DNA of 64,000 nucleotides from contig JAUVXW010000008.1 in the NCBI GenBank assembly GCA_030603385.1, positions 32,001 through 96,000 on the forward strand, given 5' to 3'. This stretch comes from Promethearchaeota archaeon (GTDB taxonomy: Archaea > Asgardarchaeota > Lokiarchaeia > Sigyniarchaeales > SOKP01). Positions 59,103-64,000 of the stretch are shown here, piece after piece. A model generated the notes under the pieces. It saw nothing but the letters and a program-made list of their open reading frames with translations, made no database searches and was not told where the DNA came from. Positions within the stretch are counted from its first letter, which is position 1, and each line of letters opens with the position of its first letter. A program made the position numbers and the translations under genes.

Positions 59103-60050
59103 GTGAAAAATATGGGAATGTTAGATGGAAAAGTTGCCATAATAACTGGCGCTGGTCGTGGTCTTGGTCGTGAGGAAGCCTTACTATTTGCTAAGGAGGG
59201 ATGTAATTTATTAGTAAACGATTTAGGCGGCAGTTTTGATGGTAGTGGGGCTGAAGCTAAGGTTGCTGATGAAATTGCAGAAGAATGTAAAAAATTGGGA
59301 GTTAAAGCTGTAGGAAATTATGATTCAGTCACTGATTTTAATAAGGCAAAAGCAATGATTGATCAAGCAATTTCTGAATACGGAAAGTTAGATATTGTTG
59401 TAAATAATGCTGGAATTTTACGGGATAGGATGCTTTTTAATATGACAGAGAAAGAGTTTGATGATGTTATAGCTGTACATTTGAAAGGTACGTTTAACAT
59501 GACTCGTCATGTTTCTTCATATTTTAGAGAACAAGGAAAGGCTAATCCCGATTTAGGTGTTTTTGGGAGAATAATCAATACTGCTTCAGATGCGGGTTTA
59601 TTAGGAAATGTGGGTCAAACTAATTATGGTGCTGCAAAAGCAGGTATTGCTGCCTTTACAAATATCGCCTCAATGGAATTAGGTAAATATGCTACGGTTA
59701 ATTGTATTGTGCCTGTAGCTAGAACGAGACTCACAACAGATGCAACACCGACAATGGTAGGGACAATGAGTATGAAAGATAAAAGAGGTTTTGATATCTT
59801 CAATCCCACTAATGTTGCTCCTATGGTTGCATTTCTAGCTTCAGATCATGCAATTAAGATTACAGGAGAAGTTTTCAGAGTGGTAGGTGATCGGGTTTTC
59901 TCATTAATAGGGTGGACTACCTATAAGCAAATAGATAACAATGGAGAACCGTTCTCTCCTCAAATTTTAGCAGAACGAGTTCAAGAAGAATTATTAAAAG
60001 GTAAACCTAAAAAAGAGACTTTAGCAAGTTCACTTGCATCTTTAATGTAA
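59103..60050 (+). CDS. Short-chain dehydrogenase/reductase (3-hydroxyacyl-CoA dehydrogenase-like)
   Basis: TGAGRGLG, VNDLG, NNAGILRD and GQTNYGAAK. Confidence 0.92.
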   Translation: MKNMGMLDGKVAIITGAGRGLGREEALLFAKEGCNLLVNDLGGSFDGSGAEAKVADEIAEECKKLGVKAVGNYDSVTDFNKAKAMIDQAISEYGKLDIVVNNAGILRDRMLFNMTEKEFDDVIAVHLKGTFNMTRHVSSYFREQGKANPDLGVFGRIINTASDAGLLGNVGQTNYGAAKAGIAAFTNIASMELGKYATVNCIVPVARTRLTTDATPTMVGTMSMKDKRGFDIFNPTNVAPMVAFLASDHAIKITGEVFRVVGDRVFSLIGWTTYKQIDNNGEPFSPQILAERVQEELLKGKPKKETLASSLASLM

Positions 60051-60105
60051 ATGTAATTTCATTTTTTTTTTTTTTTTACACTGAAGAATAATCTTTTTGT
60101 GAATG

Positions 60106-60612
60106 TTATTTGTCAATTAAATCATTAAAGAATTTATCATCAAAGTGATCTTTTTCTTCAGTATCTCCTTTCTCATCTTTGTACGAATAATAGAGGGCTA
60201 AAAACGTTCCCGTTAATAGACCAATAACTGCTCCAGAAAGAAAGGTATATCCTACATACAAAAAGAAAACAATTATATGCCCCCCAATAGTTATCATTAC
60301 TAAAATCGTCTGGTATAAACTAATAAATACACAAGCTAAAATACCTCCAGAAATCCCTACAATAATACCATATTTTAAGAATTCTTGATGTGGTTTTCGA
60401 TTTCTAAAAAAGTTTAATAGCCCAAAAATAGATCCTAATAAAAATTCAAGATCAGCAAAAAGGACAACTCCAAAAAAAAGTATTTCTCCTACTATCATAG
60501 ATATAATTGAAATTATAACATAACATATGGTAGTAATTAACGCAGAAATCCATATGCCCCATTTTACATTCTTTTCTTTAATTATATTAATTACGTCACT
60601 CATTTTTCTCAT
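60106..60612 (-). CDS. Hypothetical membrane protein (4 TM)
   Basis: Gly-rich hydrophobic helices and an acidic tail. Confidence 0.65.
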   Translation of the reverse strand: MRKMSDVINIIKEKNVKWGIWISALITTICYVIISIISMIVGEILFFGVVLFADLEFLLGSIFGLLNFFRNRKPHQEFLKYGIIVGISGGILACVFISLYQTILVMITIGGHIIVFFLYVGYTFLSGAVIGLLTGTFLALYYSYKDEKGDTEEKDHFDDKFFNDLIDK

Positions 60613-60979
60613 TAAAAGATAGGTTATATTAAGAAAATGAAAAAAGAATATGTTAAGTATATTACTAATTTTTTAATAATAGGGAACTTAACTGTATTTT
60701 TAAATTTTTTAATCATCACAACGTCATCTTGAAACCTAAGGAAATTCATTCCTTTGAATGTTTTATTCAAGTTTTTATCCTTTAACATCCCTTTCTTTAT
60801 AGTGTCTGAAGATAATGTGTATCATGGAAATAATCGAATTTTATGGATTTATTTAGAAGAAGTTAAAAAATGATAAATAGCTTTTTTAATTTAGATTTGT
60901 ATATTTATTTATAAAATTACACCTTACATAATAATTAAAGAATTTATAATCTCACAAAATCAAAATTGGAATGAGTTAA

Positions 60980-61333
60980 ATGAGTGAAAGAATAACAGAA
61001 ATACTTGATTCTTTAAAGGCGATTAAAGGAGTTCATGGGGCGGCTCTTATTGAGAAATTTGGTTTAATTAGAGGTAGCGCATTACCCGGATGGGTAGACC
61101 CAGAAGCTGTAGCTGCTATGGTGACCTTAATTTTGAAAGCAAGTCAAAGAGCAACTAAAGAATTAGAACAAGGGCAATTCTTTAGTGCGATAATAGAGTC
61201 TGAGAAGGGAAAAATACTTTTTAGCGAAATCGAGGGTAATATTCTCACGATAATAACTACAAAAGAAGCTAAGCTTGGTATAATTAATCTAAAATTGGAT
61301 GCTGCTAGTAATGAAATCAGAAAAGGGTTATAA
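60980..61333 (+). CDS. Roadblock/LC7 domain protein
   Basis: GV.GAALI...GL, AAM, EL..G and A.LG pattern; 117 aa. Confidence 0.88.
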   Translation: MSERITEILDSLKAIKGVHGAALIEKFGLIRGSALPGWVDPEAVAAMVTLILKASQRATKELEQGQFFSAIIESEKGKILFSEIEGNILTIITTKEAKLGIINLKLDAASNEIRKGL

Positions 61334-61364
61334 TTTTTTCTCTATTTTTTTAAATTAAAATATC

Positions 61365-62849
61365 TTATATAATTATTCCAATTTGCTTCAGCATTTTGAA
61401 CATTATTCTTCTAGTAATTTCTGGGTCAGCTTGTCCCTTAGTTTTACCCATAACTCTACCTATTAAAGCTTCAATTGCTTTTGGATTTTTACGACAATCT
61501 TCAACGATTTTCGGGTTTTCTTTAATTACTTCTTTACAATTTCCTTCAATAATTTCTTCATTAGAAATTCTCTTTTTACCTTTCTTCTCAATTATTTTAG
61601 AAATAGAAGAACCATTCATCATTTCACTTATGAATGTTTTTGCTATTTTAGTGGTAATCTTTCCTTCATTAATGTTGTTGATTAAATCAACTACCAGTTT
61701 GGGTTGAACTTTTGTTTCTGTTATTGTCTTATTTTGCTCATTTAAATGCCGCAATATATCATTCATCAGCCAATTACAAAATTGTTTATACTCATTCGGG
61801 CCGAACGATGGGTCAGAATTCACTCCATCTTCATAAAAGTCAGCGATATCTTTATCTAGAACTAAATTCTCTGAGTCAAATTCTGATAAATTATAATCTC
61901 TTTGAAGTCTTATTGCTCTCTCGTTTGGCATTTCTGGTAATTTATCTTTAACTTGCTGGATGAAATCTTTATCAATTGCTATTGGAACTAAATCTTGTTC
62001 AGGAAAGTAGCGATAATCTTCTTCAAATTCTTTCATTCTTAGCGAAATAGTAATCCTTCTTTTATCGTCCCAATGTCTTGTTTCCTGGGTTAGCTTCTTA
62101 CCTCGTTTTAATAGATTTCTTTGTCTCTGAATTTCCCACTTTAACGCACGTTCTACTTCCTTAAAACTGCTAATATTTTTAACCTCACTTCGCTCATGTC
62201 CTTTAATTGATATATTAGCATCCACTCGAGCAGCTCCAGTTAAGTCTAAATTTGATATCCTTGTATATTGAACAATTGACTTTAATTGTTTGAGAAACTC
62301 TCTCGCTTCTTCAGGAGATCTAATAACTGGTTCGGATACGATTTCAATAAGACAAACACCAGATCGATTGTAATCCACTAAAGTATATGGAGATGTCGCG
62401 ATTGACCCTTTATGTACCAATCTTGCTGGATCCTCTTCTAAATGGATTCTGTTAAGTCTTATCTCTTTTTTTTTGCCATTTATTTTAACTGTTATATTCC
62501 CTCTATCTGCGAAAGCTCTCCCTCCTGCTTTATTGTACTGACTTATCTGAAAGCCCTTTGGTAAGTCTACGTAGAAATAATTTTTCCGGAAGAAAAACAT
62601 TGAATCATTAATTTTACTATCTAATGCTAATGCAAGTCTTGTAGCAAATTCGATTGCTCTTTCGTTTATCACAGGCAATGATCCCGGTAACCCTAAACAA
62701 ATGGGACAATTATGAGAATTTGGTTCAGCTCCTCTATAATCTGCATTACAACTGCAGAATAGTTTAGTTTTCAAATTGGTGAGTTGAATATGAACTTCTA
62801 ATCCAATTATCACGTCTTCATAATTAGAACTCACTCTAATTCCCTCCAT
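61365..62849 (-). CDS. gatB: Asp/Glu-tRNA amidotransferase subunit B
   Basis: IGLEVH.QL, KNYFY.DLPKG.QISQ, HLEED, DYNR.G, EVKN and DYRYFPE.DL. Confidence 0.96.
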   Translation of the reverse strand: MEGIRVSSNYEDVIIGLEVHIQLTNLKTKLFCSCNADYRGAEPNSHNCPICLGLPGSLPVINERAIEFATRLALALDSKINDSMFFFRKNYFYVDLPKGFQISQYNKAGGRAFADRGNITVKINGKKKEIRLNRIHLEEDPARLVHKGSIATSPYTLVDYNRSGVCLIEIVSEPVIRSPEEAREFLKQLKSIVQYTRISNLDLTGAARVDANISIKGHERSEVKNISSFKEVERALKWEIQRQRNLLKRGKKLTQETRHWDDKRRITISLRMKEFEEDYRYFPEQDLVPIAIDKDFIQQVKDKLPEMPNERAIRLQRDYNLSEFDSENLVLDKDIADFYEDGVNSDPSFGPNEYKQFCNWLMNDILRHLNEQNKTITETKVQPKLVVDLINNINEGKITTKIAKTFISEMMNGSSISKIIEKKGKKRISNEEIIEGNCKEVIKENPKIVEDCRKNPKAIEALIGRVMGKTKGQADPEITRRIMFKMLKQIGIII

Positions 62850-64000
62850 CTTTAATAGGAGCTAGTTTCCTAAAGAAATTTAATTCTTTCTCAAGTAAAT
62901 ATCCGATATTGAGAATTATTTTTTCACTGAAATAATTACCAATAATTTGAAATCCAATCGGAAGGCCTTTCGTATCAAATCCACATGGAATCGAAAGAGC
63001 AGGTAAACCCGCAAGATTCACGGGACAAGTTAAAATATCCATAAAATACATCTGTAATGGGTCATTTACTAATTCTCCAATTTTGAATGCCGTGGTGGGC
63101 ATTGTAGGGCATACGATAGCATCACATTGATTTAAAGCATTTTGAAAGTCATTTTTAATAAGAGTTCTAACTTTCAATGCCTTAATATAAAACATATCAT
63201 AATAACCAGCAGATAGGGTATAACTTCCTAGTATAATCCTTCTCCTTACTTCCCTTCCAAATCTTTCACCCCGAGTTTTACTATAAACCTCATATAAATC
63301 TCCACTAAGATCACTGCTCATACTTCCGTATCTTAAACCATCATACCTAGCCAAATTCGAACTTGCTTCGCTCATTGCTATTAAATAATAAGTAGGAATC
63401 GCATATTCTAAATGTGGAAAGGAAATCTCAATTGTCTCAGCTCCTAAACTATTCAATTTATTAATGGCTCCTTTTACTTTATTTTTTACTTCCTTCTCCA
63501 AACCTTCACCAAAAAATTCTTTAGGAATCCCAAGAGTCATTTTTGAAATTGGGTTTTGAAGTTCTTCTGTGTATTTATCCACCTTAATATCAACTGTAGT
63601 GGAGTCTAAAGGATCATAACCAGCAATGATTTCTAATAATATTGCTGTGTCATATACACATCTTGATATAGGTCCAATTTGATCTAACGAATTTGCATAT
63701 GAAACTAATCCATATCTAGAAACTCTCCCATATGTTGGTTTTAAACCCACTACACCACAATAAGAAGCGGGACATCTAATACTTCCCCCTGTATCACTTC
63801 CTAGTGAAACTGGCGTTTGACCTGAAGCTACACATGAACCCGATCCTCCACTTGATCCTCCCGGAACTCTTTCTAGGTCCCAAGGATTATAAGTTGGGCC
63901 ATAACAACTATTTTCAGTAGAAGAGCCCATAGCAAATTCATCCATATTTGTACGACCCACACATATTGCTCCTTCCTTTTCGATTAAACGGTTAATAACA
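62836..64000 (-). CDS. gatA: Asp/Glu-tRNA amidotransferase subunit A (5' end outside window)
   Basis: TNMDEFAMGSS, PGGSSGGS, GSDTGGSIR and SNLARYDG amidase signature. Confidence 0.96.
   Translation of the reverse strand, partial: VINRLIEKEGAICVGRTNMDEFAMGSSTENSCYGPTYNPWDLERVPGGSSGGSGSCVASGQTPVSLGSDTGGSIRCPASYCGVVGLKPTYGRVSRYGLVSYANSLDQIGPISRCVYDTAILLEIIAGYDPLDSTTVDIKVDKYTEELQNPISKMTLGIPKEFFGEGLEKEVKNKVKGAINKLNSLGAETIEISFPHLEYAIPTYYLIAMSEASSNLARYDGLRYGSMSSDLSGDLYEVYSKTRGERFGREVRRRIILGSYTLSAGYYDMFYIKALKVRTLIKNDFQNALNQCDAIVCPTMPTTAFKIGELVNDPLQMYFMDILTCPVNLAGLPALSIPCGFDTKGLPIGFQIIGNYFSEKIILNIGYLLEKELNFFRKLAPIKDGGN

Noticed and set aside
60980-61333. Roadblock protein as a novel eukaryotic signature
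   Set aside because: Roadblock/LC7 proteins are common and well documented in Asgard archaea and other prokaryotes, and there is no adjacent GTPase here.
520-61951. Short ORFs overlapping longer genes (e.g. 520-705, 2286-2558, 4623-4829, 14349-14570, 43463-43699, 49251-49607, 61396-61707)
   Set aside because: They lie antisense or out of frame within well-supported genes and show no motifs.
1-64000. CRISPR array or rRNA genes
   Set aside because: No regularly spaced repeats and no long GC-rich structural RNA seen. The Cas4-like nuclease has no cas neighbours.

Overview
This is an AT-rich archaeal chromosomal window, most likely from an Asgard archaeon (Lokiarchaeia-like). The basis is an EF-2 paralog lacking the diphthamide motif, aCPSF1, a roadblock protein, winged-helix/PCI-like proteins, GGTGA-type ribosome-binding sites and an intron-containing tRNA. 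Housekeeping blocks (cheB, EF-2 paralog, purN, aCPSF1, parvulin, hisA, GT87 pair, acyl-CoA enzymes, gatB/gatA) alternate with two accessory regions. The first (~8.5-21.2 kb) holds a receptor-like solute-binding protein, a 2235-aa secreted Ig-repeat protein and gene remnants, and ends at an unannotated tRNA-Gln(CUG) with two non-canonical insertions. The second (~29.9-46.1 kb) is the highlight. An L-fucose/L-arabinose isomerase-family gene is present as one intact copy plus two divergent, same-strand 5'-only copies (about 60-65% aa identity, counted by hand), and these delimit two stacked cargo segments. The cargo includes a complete type II CBASS (Cap4-like nuclease-SAVED, CD-NTase, Cap2 E2-E1, Cap3 JAB), HEPN-like proteins, a class III cyclase-like protein, a MuF-like protein, an SMP-domain microprotein and a PD-(D/E)XK nuclease with four ~95-aa repeats that abuts the intact gene. 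No integrase or transposase is recognisable. This suggests a gene-replacement insertion hotspot that accretes defence cargo. Family assignments come from motif recognition by eye; no database searches were run.
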